Source: Lytechinus pictus
Taxonomy: Eukaryota
Assembly: GCF_037042905.1 (NCBI RefSeq)
Contig: NC_087251.1
Coordinates: 27,902,001-27,966,000, forward strand
Reading direction: 5' to 3'
DNA: 64,000 nt
This document shows positions 1 through 14,700 of the stretch, piece by piece. Positions within the stretch are counted from its first letter, which is position 1, and every line of letters starts with the position of its first letter. The notes below the pieces were generated by a model. It had not been told where the DNA came from, did not search any database, and saw nothing but the letters and a program-made list of their open reading frames with translations. A program made the translations under genes and the position numbers.

Positions 1-949
1 GACAATTACCCCCCGGACAATTACCCCCCGGACAACTACCCCCCGGACAATTACCCCCCGGACAATTACCTTCAGAAAATCCCCCCTTCTCTCCAGCATC
101 AATGTTAGAATTAAGCGGGACCCATTGTAAGTTTTGGTCGGTGGCACAGGTTTCCGAAATATTTTCTACTTCATCTTACGTGTATAACTTTTTCTTTCTC
201 TTTTATATTGCTCTTTCTCCTGTTCTCTCACTTTCTTCTTTTTTCCTTTTTTGTTTAGCGGCGCCTTCTGCATCATGAAAAATGGGGGGGGGGGGGCTTG
301 CACCCGAAACCTCCCGTTTGGCTATGCATATATACATCAGAAAATTTGTAAACTGGCCCTCATTCTAAGTTTTCATTTAACAATTGAACACGTTGAGTCA
401 TAATAATCACAAATGCTGAATATCTTTGATTCCAACTGATCTGATTTTTTTGAATATTTATTTTGGGTTTAATTTCAGGTAAGAAATCAGGCAAATAGAT
501 AAATCGTTAAAAAAAACACCTTTATAGGTAGAAATATTGAAAGTCGATAACGCAACTATGAACACTAACACTGTCAAGTAGACCTATTAATCTGTTTTTT
601 TAACAGTTCAACTAACAAGAAGCTAAGAATTATGAAACAATTGGTGCACATTCCAGATTAAGATGTGGCTTTATAACTTAATACAGTAAGCTAAAAAACT
701 TAAAGAAAAGATAATACACACAAGAACACCTTGTAAATTACAAGGTGTTTTTGTGTGTAGTATTCTTGGGTGAAAGCAATTAAACATTAAAGAAGGAAAT
801 TAAGTACCAAATTTACTAAATTGTAAACAATATGACATATTCAAATACAGTGTTTGTTCTATACAAATTGACAATCATGATGGTATACAATTCGTTTAAG
901 GTGCATTTTAAGGACGGTTTGTAAGAATTTATTAAGAAGTAGGCCTATG

Positions 950-1200
950 CAAATCAAATAATGCGACCGAGCATCGTGAGCTGAAAATATTAATATTTAG
1001 ACCATAAAACGGACATTTTACAGAGCACTTGAAAAATCAATTTGCAAATTTAAAAATAATGAAAGCTCGATATCCGAGATGAAATATGTTTTGTATATTG
1101 GCTTCGAAACTTGATATTTTAAGCTTCATATCAGCCTATATTGAGCAAGATATTAATCTCATCGAAAAAGCAATGCGAGCGCGAAGCGTGAGCGGAAAAT
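950..1200 (+). repeat. Interspersed repeat; second diverged copy at ~4490-4735
   Basis: Shared GCAAATCAAATAATGCGA...ACCATAAAACGGACATT...CATATCAGCCTAT...GCGAGCSCGAAGCGYGAGC. Confidence 0.7.
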
Positions 1201-1369
1201 ACTTGATATTCCGGTATGAAAATGGTGAATTTGAGCACTATCTAAAGCATTGTGTAGGGAAATTGTGAAGTGGATTTGTAAAGCACTTAATAAATGATGC
1301 GAGTGTGAAGCACGAGCTGATATCTTCATTATTATTTTGACCTAGGACCTGGTCATTCTATAGGTTTAA

Positions 1370-1953
1370 AGGAGAATGAAACTCTTGGAGCAAGTTAGCT
1401 TTTGTGAAAGCAGAAAATTCAAAGAATAAGATCAACAAAAGTTTGAGTAAAATAGGACTAGCAATAGAAGAGTTATGAGCATTTGAATGTCGAGATCACT
1501 AATGCTATGGAGATCCTCTTATTGGCAATGCGACCAAGATCTATGATGTCACAGATGAACAACTCTCCCCTTTTGGACACTGAAAATATACCCCAAAACA
1601 TCTCTTTTTGCTCATTCTAATCATATGACAAACGATTCATCAATGATATAATGTTGTGAAACCTCTGTACTTGTCCTCTCATAAAGAGAACACTTCACCT
1701 TGTGATAGACTCTATAAAAGTGAGAATATGAGTGAAATAAGTACTAAAGTAATGAGGGAGTTGTACGTGTGTGACATCACAGATCTTGGTCGCATTGCCA
1801 ATGGGAGGATCTACATGGCATTAGTGATCTCAATATTCAAATGCTCATAACTTTCTTATTATTCATTCAATCTTCCTCAAACTTTCAACAATATGTTTCT
1901 TTGATTTTTCTCTTTGATATGGATTCAGCTGGTTTCAAGGGTTTCATTCTCCT
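1370..1953. mobile_element. Non-autonomous Kolobok-like MITE
   Basis: TTAA|AGGAGAATGAAAC...GTTTCATTCTCCT|TTAA with long imperfect TIRs. TTAA TSD plus AG..CT ends fits Kolobok. Confidence 0.75.
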
Positions 1954-4900
1954 TTAAGGACATTTTGTCATCATATGAAAACAACCAAAAAATTACTTTT
2001 TTTCTTTCCAGGGCTCTTTTTGGAGAAACTTAAAAATTTTCCAGGGCTACTTTTTCATTTTCCAGGGCTCTTTTTCCACTTTCCAGGGCTACAATTTCTG
2101 GAGCTATTTCGCGGCTTTTTTGCGTTTGTGTGTGTGTGTATGTGTGTGTGTGTATATATATACACGGTAGCTAGCATATACCAGGGAAGTATAACACTTC
2201 CCTGGTTTGACCTTCGCATTGTTTCTTCGAAGTGATTGTTTATGATTTTAGTGTTGTGATGATAGATTGATTTTGATGCTTGAACGATATCTGAGTTGAT
2301 TCATGGACCTAATACAGACCTATTCAGATTAAATCATGGAGGTAGAACCTCCATGAATTAATCCAAGTTTGAATGTTTGATACTTGGTTGACGTGAGCTT
2401 TGCGTGTTTACTATTTAGTGTTATAGCCCATTTGCTAAATTAATCTAGAAAGATCTGTATTCGTGTCTAAAGACAATGTAAAAGAAAAAGAAAGTTCTGA
2501 ATTTGTACAATTCTGAGGTAATTTATTTTATCATACAATATAGGTACCTGCAAATGTTATGAAGTTGAACAAATATCCTTCGTACATATTTGACTGAAAG
2601 TTATTTAAATGACACTTTTTAAAAAAGACTTGAAATTATTCATACAAAATAATGATATAAGTCATAAAGGTCATTGAATTGTTAAGCGTTCGTATCAGTT
2701 ACACAGATTCATGACAAAAAGGCCTACCAGAACCAAAACTGGCAATTTCCATCATCCATCATGAATGCCTAGCCTTGCACGGCCTCTAATTGAAATGAAC
2801 TTATCCACGTCTTTGCAAATTTTACCTGACCTAATTTCTCCACACAGTGAGAGAGGCCATGTGGCAGCCAAACCAAAACAGAATGAAAAGGGCGGCAATC
2901 TCGTACCCCCCCCCCACCACCACAAGAATATCAGATTTCCAAACATGTGCTTCTCAAGATTGTGCAATACATGACGGAGACAAAGAAAGTTATGTAAACA
3001 AATTGCCGAGGGTTGATGTCCCTGAATTAAGGGGCTAGTCTACGTTTTCAGTCACTTAAGAAAATGGCGAACTGGCCAAAGGTGAAATACATCATTGAAA
3101 CAAAAATGAATGTTTGGATTAAAATAACGAAGATTAAATGAAATATGACTGAAAAATATCCATAGTTGAATCTCTACTTTTATTACTGACAGAACAATAA
3201 CATCATTTTTTTTAATTAACTTCTTGCCAATATTCCAATAAGGCAAGACTCCCATTTAAGACAAGCAAGCAAACGTTATCAATGGGATTTTTGAATGAAA
3301 GAAAAAAAAATCAAAGCGTGATTTTTTTTAAAGGGATAGACGAGACTCTTGTTTTGAACAGAGATATAAAAATATTTAAAAACAAACAAGAGGTGATAAA
3401 CACTTCATTAAAATTATAATGAAGTTCGTAGTGAATTACAACTTGTAAAAGGAGAAATTAACAAGAATAATAGGGAAATAAAGTTTGGAAGAAAAGAAGG
3501 AATGAGGAGAGACAAGCTTTGGGGGGAAGGATCAAGATGGGTGGCTGCAGCTCGACATGGGGCTAGAGCTAGAGTGTACATAAATGGGAGGGGGGGGGGG
3601 AGCAATTGTCTATCAAGTCGCCCAAAATCTTACACCTTCAAACTTCTCACACAATCCACACACAAATCCCAGTTCATGATACAATCACAAGTGTCGCTCA
3701 ACACATGCGCACGTGGTCTCTACTGGCATTTTACAGTCACACACACAGAAATACACACTACACACAATGCACACGATGCATCCCCATACCACATGCAGTC
3801 ACACTGAGCCTAAAGCACACAAGCAGAGAAACGTTCTGCTCGAAGTGTATGACTCCTCGGCTCCCAATTCTACATTTATTTTATCTCAGTGCTTGGAGTC
3901 GGCGCTGGGGCCGATTTTCGTCCATGAATGAGAGAGCATGGCAAAGACTCGAGTCCCTTTATCTCCCCGACTCTGGCATTGAGAATCGGGTAGACTCGAT
4001 TACCCGGCGCTGGCTCCCAAGCCTAGTTGACGGGGGCGATTATGAGTTTTGCAGTCGCCCTCGTGTGAATGTTTTTAGCCCTTTTCCGGGGCTCTTTTTG
4101 GACTTTCCGGGGCGAATTCGCCCGCCGCCCCCGTGTAATTTTTTGGTTGTATGAAAATGATGACAACTTTCTTATTCCTCTTCCTGAGTGCGATATGAAA
4201 CATATGAAACTGTGATATTGTCGATATTCTTTTCTGAAAAGGGACAATTTAGTCATTAAGAATTCATGGAAATTTTAATATCATATTTATTAATGTAATA
4301 AGCCTAAATGAGTGAGTAAAATGTGTTGACACTGAGGCCTGAAAACTGGATATTTTAAGCACTTTTGTAATCATGAATAGGATTTGTGAGTTGATATATT
4401 TTTAACAAAAATGCGAGCGCAAATCGTGAGACGAAATTTTTGGTAAACTGTCATAAAAGGGGGGTTTTAAGTAGTTTGTTATATAATTTGGCAAATCAAA
4501 TAATGCGAGCGCACAGCGCAAGCTGCAAGTTATATTCACACCATAAAACGGACATTAAACAGAGCACTTAAAAATCAGTTTGTAAATCAAACTAAATTAT
4601 AAATAATGTCCGAGCTGAAATATGCTTTGTAATATCAACTTCAAAACTTGACATTTTAAGCTACATATCAGCCTATTTAGCAAGATGTGTATCTCATCGA
4701 ACAGGCTATGCGAGCCCGAAGCGCGAGCGAAAAAAATAATAAAGTGACATGAAATATATTTTTTAATCATTTTCCAAGTCATCCCCTGACCTTTTTTTTT
4801 CACTCGTCTCCCTCTTATCTTAACTCTTATTTTTCCTCCTTTCTTTCCCCTTCTTTTTCTTTTTTTCTTTCCCCCTTTTTTTTCATTTTTTTGCTCTGCC

Positions 4901-5068
4901 GATAGGGGGGGGCGGGCCCCTTGCCCCCCTGGATCTGCCTATGGATGGAGCTCAATTTTACAGCTTTCTTACGGCGTACGTTTGATTCCAAGATACTCGA
5001 GAATGCCTTGAGTACTTCTTACATCAAACGTACGGCCGACGTATGACTCTGTGCACTCCCTTTGTCTA

Positions 5069-5360
5069 GGGGGTAGTTGTCCGGGGGGTAGTTGTCTGGG
5101 GGGTAGTTGTCCGGGGGGTAGTTGTCCGGGGGGTAGTTGTCCGGGGGGTAATTGTCCGGGGGGTAATTGTCCGGGGGGTAGTTGTCCGGGGGGTAATTGT
5201 CCGGGGGGGTAGTTGTCCGGGGGGTAATTGTCCTCGGGGGGTAGTTGTCCTCAGGGGGTAATTGTCCGGGGGGTAATTGTCCGGGGGGTAATTGTCCTCG
5301 GGGGGTAATTGTCCGGGGGGTAGTTGTCCGGGGGGTGATTGTCCAGGGGGTAGTTGTCCT
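5069..5360 (-). repeat. 15/16-bp G-rich tandem repeat (GGGGGGTARTTGTCC)n
   Basis: Directly visible, about 19 units. Confidence 0.95.
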
Positions 5361-5620
5361 GATACCCTAAATGACATATTATCTTGAAGGATGGCCCACT
5401 ATTTTCGCTAGTCTCTATCTTTCTTTTGATACTGCACATATTCCAAGAAAATATTGAAAATATACGTAGCGGAACAACCAAAATACAGAGACTGAAGCTT
5501 TTGGTCTATAAGCCACCATAAGACTCCAATACAAGGCGAGATTATGATCCGCTACACCAGCATGATACCTTCACATACACGTAATTTTATGTTGCTCATG
5601 ACCTGATTTTATCTTTACAG

Positions 5621-5742
5621 TACCTCTATCAATGGGTGGTAACCGGAACAACAGTAGAACTTTAGAATTCCAAGGTATTAGACCAGATGAAGAGGAGAGC
5701 CCTTGCCATAGATGTCTACATTGTGATCAACATACTGATGAG
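5621..5742 (+). CDS. USP34: USP34 exon (window exon 1)
   Basis: ttacag|...GAG|gtacat; PLSMGGNRNN...QHTDE; low-conservation region. Confidence 0.65.
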
Positions 5743-8700
5743 GTACATTCATTCGATTATATATACCTATATCAATTTTTTATGTGTCACTTTTCTCTTG
5801 TTTGTTTCCTTGTTAAAGTTTCTTGGGCATACAATAACTATGAGGTAATTTGCCCACAAATCTCCACTTTTGATATCCCACCAAACGTGGCTTAATGGGA
5901 ATGTAAAGGGATCAAGTTACTTCAGTTTCTGCTGAATACTCTGAGACTCTTGGCACACATATTGGTTGTGGAGTGAAGATGTACAAGTGTTGCCATGGTA
6001 ATATGTATATTATGGCAAAAAAAATCAGAGAAAAAACCTCTGGAGCAAACCTCTTTTTAAGTCATGGGCCAATGCTCATGAGAATTAGAACATATATTGG
6101 TCTTTGAATGAAACATACATCACATTTAATTAATGTTTCAGTGATGCACTGTCATGATAATAGCATAGATATATTGGGCAAGTAAGATCGTTATTAAGGG
6201 CAGGGGTATTAACTACATTCAGGGATATTTATAGTTAATCTGTTGCTGCTGCTGTTTTTGTTGGTAGTGTCAAATGTTAATGATTGTTGTTTATATCATA
6301 TCACTATCATAAACCATTATATCATTATCTTTATTTTATTTATGATTATTGCGTCATTCTTTCAGGAGGAGCATCTGGATGTGGTTGGTCTTGACCCATC
6401 CCATCTGGAGGATCATTCTTCAGATGTTATGTGCCATCACGACCTTGATGACCACCGCTCAGTACATTCCCACAGCTCGAAGACAAGCCATGCCGATTCA
6501 TGGCGGTCAGAGGGTGAGATGGCCATTTGCCACGCCCATCACAAAACATCCCGCCATCCTTCGTCCCTCTGCGCCTCTGATCAGGACGACTCGGACAGCA
6601 TTGATTCAGAGAACGAGGCGATGGCAACAAGTCCTGATCAGACAGACAGCGGAAGCGACGGTTCTGAAGGTAGCTATGAGGACAAAGGCGTGCCACTAGG
6701 GAGTGACTATGAAGACGTTAGCAATGGAAGTGATATGGAGATGGAAGGTGAGAGGGCTGTTTTGAGGAGAGATGGGAATAGACATGTCCTCAAACAGTTG
6801 GCGAAGACACTTAGGCATGGTAAGGATCATCATCATCACATGGATACTGGCAGTGAGCAGGGAGGAGATAGCTCTGATTCCAGCCCAGGTATAGTGTTAT
6901 TCCAATCATGGCTTTTGCTAGTATATATCATTCATACATACTTCTGTCTCACATATTCAGTTACTTGCACACTAGCTGAACCAAGAACTGTGTTAAGCAT
7001 CAGAATATTGGAATGGCTTGTCCCTTACAATTTGACAGTTTATCCATATCAAATTGTTTCTAAGAATAACATTTTATTGTTGATTGTTCATAATTTAATT
7101 TATTGTAATAATTCTTATCATATTGATTTTCTTTCTCAAAGTTAGATTGTAGGAGTAAGGTTTAAAATGTCTCTCAATTTGCCATTGATTTTCTAGATTA
7201 TTAGAAGAGTTTACTGACTTCTTTCTGAATATGAATATATTTCAAACGTAATATTTTGAAAACTAAGTTAAGTGAATAGGCATGTACAATTTTTTAAACA
7301 GTTTGAGGAGACTGAAAAATAAAATTGGAATTGTAGAACCTTATGTACCTATTTACCCTTTGGCGGAAAGTTGAAAATACAGGAAAACTTGCATAAGTCG
7401 ACCTTCCTTATGTCAAATATTTGTCCAAGCTGATGCATTTTTCATACCAGATTACGCAAACGATGTGATATATACCTCTTCTAAGTTGAATTTCTCCCAA
7501 ATCGAATGGATTTATGTCATTCTGTGGTTCCAAAAGATTTGACTTAAGCAAAGTTACCTGTACAGAAAAGCCATAAGATGTTCATGCCAGTATGGGGTTT
7601 GAATCTTCAACCTGTAGAGTTGCATTCACATCTGTATCACACCTCATGAATGCTTTGATTAAGTGAATAGAAATCTGCAGAAGCTGTATATCAATACTTA
7701 TTTTTTATTTCAACCTTTTTGTTACGTACACAGGTATGGAGTACAAGAAGGTCCAAGGAGATTTAGTGCTCTCTCCTAGTGACCTGAACCGCAGCCCTGT
7801 CAAGCTTGTCCATGAACTACCAGTGAGGGGCAAGTTGCCAACCATCGATGAGTCGCCCGAGTCAGAGCCCCATGGGCTTCCCCATGATCCTCACCAGACA
7901 GTGGAGTACTTTCATGGTCCAAGCAGCATGGATCCAGAGATCTATGACTGTCCAAGGTTCCTTCCTAGACCTAGGCCAATTAGGAGGTGAGTCCAAGAGT
8001 TGGTCCAATGGGTGATTTCAAGTTCAGTGTTAACCTTTTGCTGTTGGTGTGAAGTCAACTGCATAGTACCAAACTTTGTATGAAGTAGAGCCTGGAACAA
8101 ATCACTAGGTGCAGAGCTAGCAATACTATGATTTTGGCTCAAGACATTAGGTGTTAGGGAATTTAGTACATAACTTTTTTTTTTAATTCTTGGCAGTACT
8201 TGAAATGTCTCTTCACTTCCCCCACAGACCTATGATGAACCTGATATACCCTCAGCATCATCATGATGACGATGACGAGGATGATGATGAGGAGGGAGGT
8301 GGAAGCTGCAGCAGCTCGCAGGCCAGCGCCAAATCGGACAAGAACATGGCAGACTTCGACGGGGAAGATGAGGAGGAGGACGAATCCAGCTCTGTCTGCG
8401 AGGACGCCCTGGCGCAGCTCAGTGCCCAGCTGAGTCAGTTTGACCAGCATCCTGACCATCCGCACCATCGCCACCACCACCATCATCACCATCATCCTCA
8501 CAGGTTACAGGCCCATGTCAAGGGAAGGCAGAGACCCATTGCCAATGTTTCACCCGTGCAAAGAACCAGACTCTCCAGTAAGTAAAGCTACCCACTAATC
8601 TTCTCTGTCCCCGCTGCCCGTAGGGCCCCACGCTGGCGCTCTCCGGGCGCGGCAGGTAAATTTTTGGCGAGTTCGTCTGCCATACAGGGGGGGGGCGGAA

Positions 8701-11700
8701 CTAGCGCTGGCATGGGAAAGGGAGCCTTGTTTGAAATCAAATCGGTCTGGTCCGGGGGGGGGGGGGACTTCACAAGGATACCCGTGAACGATCGAATAAA
8801 ATTAGTCACCTTAGGAGTTGCTTGTCTAAGGTACAGTACTTTGTTGTTTCATTTTTGTCTCGCCTGCATAGCAGAGCGAGACTATAGGCGCCGCTTTTCC
8901 GACGGCGGCGGCGTCAACATCAAATCTTAACCTAAGGTTAAGTTTTTGAAATGACATCATAACTTAGAAAGTATATAGACCTAGTTCATGAAACTTAATC
9001 ATAATGTTAATCAAGTAGTACTGAACATCCTGCCTCAGTTTCAGGTCACATGACTAAGGTCAAAGGTCATTTAGGGTCAATGAACTTAGACCATGTTGGG
9101 AGAATTATTTTCAAAATCTTAACCGAAGGTTAAGTTTTTGAAATGACATCATAACTTAGAAAGTATAAGGACCTAGTTCATGAAACTTGGGCATAAGGTC
9201 AATCAAGTATTAGTGAACATCCTGCTCGAGTTTCAGGTCACATGACCAAGGTCAAAGGTCATTTAGGGTCAATGAACTTTGGTCAAGTTGGGGGTATTTG
9301 TTGAATTACTATCATAACTTTAAAAATTTATGGATCTAGTTCATGAAACTTGGAAATAAGGTTAATCAAGTATTAGTGAACATCCTTCCTGAGTTTCAGG
9401 TCACATGACCAAGGTCAAAGGTCATTTAGGGTCAATGAACTTTGGCCAAGTTGGGGGTATTTGTTGAATTACCTTCATAACTTTGAAAATTTATGGATCT
9501 AGTTCATGAAACTTGGACATTAGGGTAATCAAGTACCACTGAATATCCTGTGCGATTTTTCAGGTCACATGACCATGGTCAATGGTCATTTAATGTCAAT
9601 GAACTTTGGCCGTGTTGGGGGTCTTTGTTAAATTACCATCCTAACTCTGAAGGTTTATGGATCTAGTTCATAAAACTTGGACATAAGAGTAATCGAGTAT
9701 CACTGAACATCCTGTACGAGTTTCAGGTCACATGACCATGGTCGAAGGTCATTTAAGGTCAATGAACTTTGGCCGTGTTGGGGGTATTTGTTGAATTACC
9801 ATCCTAACTATGTAGTTTATGGATCTATTTCATAAAACTTTGGATATAAGAATAATCAAGTATCACTGAACATCCCCTGTGAGTTTCAGGTCACAAAACC
9901 AAGGTCAAAGGTCAGTTAAGGTCAATAAACTTAGGCCATGTTGGGGTAATTGTTGAATTGCCATCATAACTTTGAAAGTTTATGGATAGAGTGAATGAAA
10001 TGTGGACATGGGTGTAGTTGACAAGTCTTAAGTCACCGTTCAAATGTCATCTATGGTCAATGAATGTGGTTTTATGTCATTATATGAATGGTGTTTTTGT
10101 GAATGATTATTTCATAGTAGTTTTCAAAGTTAGCACTGCTGCTATATTAAATCGCATAATGCAGGCGAGACTGCCAGAGGCGTTCCACTTGTTACTAAAT
10201 TCTGTTGCACATTCCAGTAAGTCCTCAATGCTTATCCATCATGGATATCGTACTATAGCACTGAGACTTCGTGAATGTCGATATAACTTGAGTCACCACT
10301 CGAGATGCTCAATGATTGCAAGAACCAGAGCTCCTCGGATCCTCCTGGGATCTCTCACAATACCAGCTGCCGTAATATTGGGTGTGATGCTCTTGATCCC
10401 TTGGTTGATGACACTGGCTGCCAACAATTGGACCTTTCTGGGGCTTGTACACCTTGGTTGAAACGTGACCTTCTTGTCGTTCCTGTGCTCTGCTCTTCCT
10501 GTATGAAAGAGTTGACTTCGGGAGTGCTGAAGGTGGTGGTGGACTCGGTTGTGCTGCCCACCAGTTAGGAGGTGTAGGCTGGATGAACCGGAATCCAGGG
10601 ACGGAGACTGTAGTTGGGGCAGGGGTTGATGGTACGGCCAGTACAGGAAGCAGAACAAATGTTGGTTGTGCTATTGGTGCCTTCATCTTTGCCTGACCGA
10701 CTGTGTTGGAAATCGTCGGAAACTGGAAGGGCCTTTGGATGGGAGGTGGTGGCAAGGCATGTGGTTTCTCCTTTGGTGGTGGGACAGATCGGTGGGCAGT
10801 CATGCTAGGTCTATGTGCTGAAGCTCCCATCTCCAATGCACTCCTCTCCTCTTCTTTAGATTTCCGGTTATGCCTGTACATCGAATAAGAAATAGATGAG
10901 AAAGAAAAATGCCAATAGACAGGCTGTATTTCACAGGGAGATACATATTGCTAAAGATACAATCTAATTCTACATTTCAAATACTTTGTAATAACACATA
11001 AACATTTTGTTACAATTTAAATTGTGGTGCCATTGAATTGCTATCCATGATTCCATATGCTGGTTCCCTCATAATTCATTATATTTTAAATTGTCTTTGA
11101 TTTCAAATTGCTGTATTATTTAATTCAGAGGAATGATGCCAGGTCTGATTCATATACCATATTAATTATCTGTATGTAAATTAAGTCAATTCAATTCAAT
11201 AAAAGACATTTCCAAGTGCTCAAAATTTAACTCATTTTCCAATATTCTTACTATTGAATGAGGACATGTCGATTAATATATAACAATTGTAGGCGGGTGT
11301 TGGATGTTATGTGGGTGGAGGCCAGGACCCTGCTTCTAATATTTCTATAGTCATGGATGATTGTGGTCCACCTTTGAATGACTCTTCCTTGGTGCCTCCG
11401 TTGCTCTGGGTAGGAGCTGCAGCGCTGACCGATGACATACTCCATAACCCTGTTGGCGTTGGGCACGGAGGCGGGTCCTGAGTTACTTCCAAGAAAGCAT
11501 CTGTACGAGGGGAGGAAAAAATATACAAAGATAGAAAAATATATAAAGAAATCGTGTACAGCACACTTCAACTGCTGGTTGTATTGCTTTAAGTGAAAGT
11601 TATAAGGTGATTGATACCAGGACAAGTCCCCTTTATTCAATTCGCAAATGAAAATAATCTGTGGCACAATTCCTCTCAAGTAATGTAAATCCTGTGGGGG

Positions 11701-14700
11701 GGGGGGGGGGTTCATAGTAATGAGAGGTGTTTTCCTACTGCTGTTAATCCAAATTTCACTTTGTATCAAATCTAGTAGCTATTTACATGGGTTCTTGGCA
11801 GTTTAAGAGAGCTAATTTTTTTACATTTGGGGGCAAATCTCCCTTGGCCCCATGTATTGTATTTTACCATTTGTGGCACAATGCACATTTATTCCAAACC
11901 ATGCAGTTTATTTTGTTGGAACATCGAGAGTTAATTCCCATGTCTCTTCCTATGCAGGTTCATGCTCAACGCATCGTGAGGATGATGACGAGGATGGTCA
12001 AATCATTCCGTTTGAAGATTTCAGATTTGAGGACGTCTGCAAGCAATCTCACACTCTACTCTGGGACCTTGTACAGGATGATAGTGCTGTAAGTGATATA
12101 ATAATAGTAACAACAATTATTGATGAAATACCAGTTTATCAATATGAAAGAGATACATGCGAGCAGAAACCATGCTTATCACAAATCATGTCAGTTTTCA
12201 TGACTTGGTCTTACTAGAGCATTAGAGTGTGTACACTGAAACATAGGCATATCAATAAACTGATTTGTCATCCCTATTCATTGTTATCCTTCTTTTTCTA
12301 TTTGTTTTGTTTGTTTTCCAGGTTCATTTAGGTGATGGTCTGTCCTCCGAAGCTGAAAAGCTACTCTGTTCTCTGGTTTGTGTGTTTCCTGAGAGAGAAA
12401 TTAGAATGAGATTTGTAGAAGGTTGTCTAGAAAATCTTAAACAGCACAGGTGAGTAATATTTATCATGTGGTATTTTAAAATAAATCGATCTTTTTTTAA
12501 ACATATATGAGTTTCAAATTTTTGTATATTGTGTTATATTTTTAAAGATTATATTCAACCCTCCATTAACGTGAAAGTGACTAGGAGTGTAAAATTTGTG
12601 TTTCACATGTACACACGCTTGACAATTAGGAACAAAATCAATCCAAATTCTAAACTATTTACCTATTGAATACTGGAATCAGGGCTTTTTTTCTTTTATT
12701 TTCAATGGCTTACAAATTAATGACAGTGATTATTTTGAAAATATGAATGAGGTCAAGGATGTAAGAATGGTTCTGCATTCATCAGAGGAAACATAATATT
12801 TATCATATCTTGCAGTCATATTCATATTTTTTTTCTTATTTCAAGTGAAAGTAAAAGTGGAAATATAAGAAACATGGATTGGACATAGTAATTCTTGTTG
12901 ATGAAAACTGATTGAAGATGTAATGCTGAAATACTCAAAATATAAATGAGGATTCATCTATAAATTGCAAGGCCAATAATCTTTCTCTAAATATTTGTTG
13001 CTTTCAGGTCTGTGGTTGTATCTCTTCGTCTTATACCAAAGCTCTTTGCATCCTTCCAGCAGTACCGTAACAACTACAACACACATTGGATTACTATGTA
13101 AGTTCCCCCAAAGAGCTGGGATTGTAACACAATTGATTGTAGCACCAATGTGTATGTTTTATTGCATTGATCGCCATGTACAGTCGTCATAAAAATCAGT
13201 TATATGATCAATTGCTTAGCTATGTGTTATGAGGCCCTTTGCTCTGTTTCAGGAAACTGATTATTTCACTTCACGATATGTTGACGATTTTAAATTTGAA
13301 AACTTATTGTCTTTTCTAATTGAAAAAAAATTGCTGGCAAAGAGTGATATGATGCCCTCAAAGTGAATAGACCTGTGTGCAGAACTTTTGTTTGCTATTT
13401 CTATTTACCAGACTAGTGTTTCATTGAGCTTGTTGTAAATTATGCTCAACTTTATATACAACTGGAACATGTTCTTGTGTGCTCGATGCTCTATTATGTC
13501 GATTCCCTTTAGCTGAAGTTGAAATCGAAGTTGAAGATATATTTTCTTTTAATCAAAGTCTCTCTTCCCCAAATGTGTTTGACACTGTACTAAATGTATT
13601 TTACTTGTTATTTGTTATCATTCAGGTGGGCAGAGAGAGAACTAGGCATGATGAATCTATTCTTTGCTGATCTACTCCATTACACAGGCCAAGTCAGGCT
13701 GGCAAAGAAACAGGAAAAGCAGCTGTGAGTTTATCTAGTGTATTGTGTATTTTCAATTATCAATTCAAAAGTATGAAGGTTTTCTACGATATTCTATTCA
13801 TTGTCACTGGGATGACAAATCCTGTCACCTAAAAAAAATCTCAAATATGAAATAGCAACAATGATCTTGATTAGCCATTGCTGTTTAGTGATTGATCACA
13901 AGTTTTTATGTTACTTAGCCCTGAAAAGTATCCAAACCGTTGCCATTGCCATAACAGTATCTCCAATATCTTCCCTTCGATATGAGCTTTGATAAGTAGC
14001 TTTGCGATTTGGAAAGGGTGTCACTTGATAGAATATTTAGTTAGTAAAAAAAAAGGAATTGATTTTTGTTCCATAAAAAGATTTCATGATTTTGCCAAAT
14101 TGAAGTTTGGGAATGAATGCACTCAAAGAAATATGTGTAGCCAGTTTTTCAGATTTTAAGTAAATGAAATATAATTTTTTATGTTTTTTTTATCATTTCA
14201 TTTCATTTTGTCCTATCACAGATACACTCACAAGACTGAGATCCAAACCAGACTTCAGTTCTTAACCTGTGTGTTCTCAACAGGAGGCTCTCCAGACCAT
14301 TTCAGTAAGTTGACCATTGTTTTCTATGACTTTTCTTGATGATATTCAATGAATGTGGGGAAAATGAGGGCCTCTTTGGATGCTGTTTAACCCTAACTAG
14401 GCCGGGCTTTTTTGGCTGTTCTGTGGCCGGGGGGGGGGGGGTTGATTCAACCCCCCCCTGAGATCTCGGCCGCCGATCGCGCGAGCGCCGCAAAAATTTG
14501 CACGCTGGTAGTATGCGATGTAATCTACAAGGCTGTATGGTAAAATTTTCCAAAATAATGAGGTTTTATTTTACATGAATTAATTATGCTAATTTATGCG
14601 TAAATCATACTTTTTGCTCTAATTCACTAAATAAAGCTCCTAGAATGCTAATTTTTGGTAAAAATATTCTTTGTAGCATTCTTAACAAAGGCAATTGAAA

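Larger units (their letters stand above)
1..5367. mobile_element. TU/foldback-like transposon bounded by inverted arrays of a 15-16 bp repeat (left end outside window)
   Basis: 1-70 is (GGACAAYTACCCCCC)n and 5069-5360 is the reverse complement of the same unit, ending ...GTTGTCCTGATACCC. Sea urchin TU elements are known to have 15-bp tandem outer TIR domains. Confidence 0.6.

Noticed and set aside
5066..5481. Pro-rich repeat ORFs (GQLPP, DNYPP, RTTTP)
   Set aside because: Three frames of the 15-bp DNA repeat; no coding evidence.
8197..8227. Earlier acceptor for exon 4
   Set aside because: Phase-incompatible with the exon 3 donor; 8228 fits.
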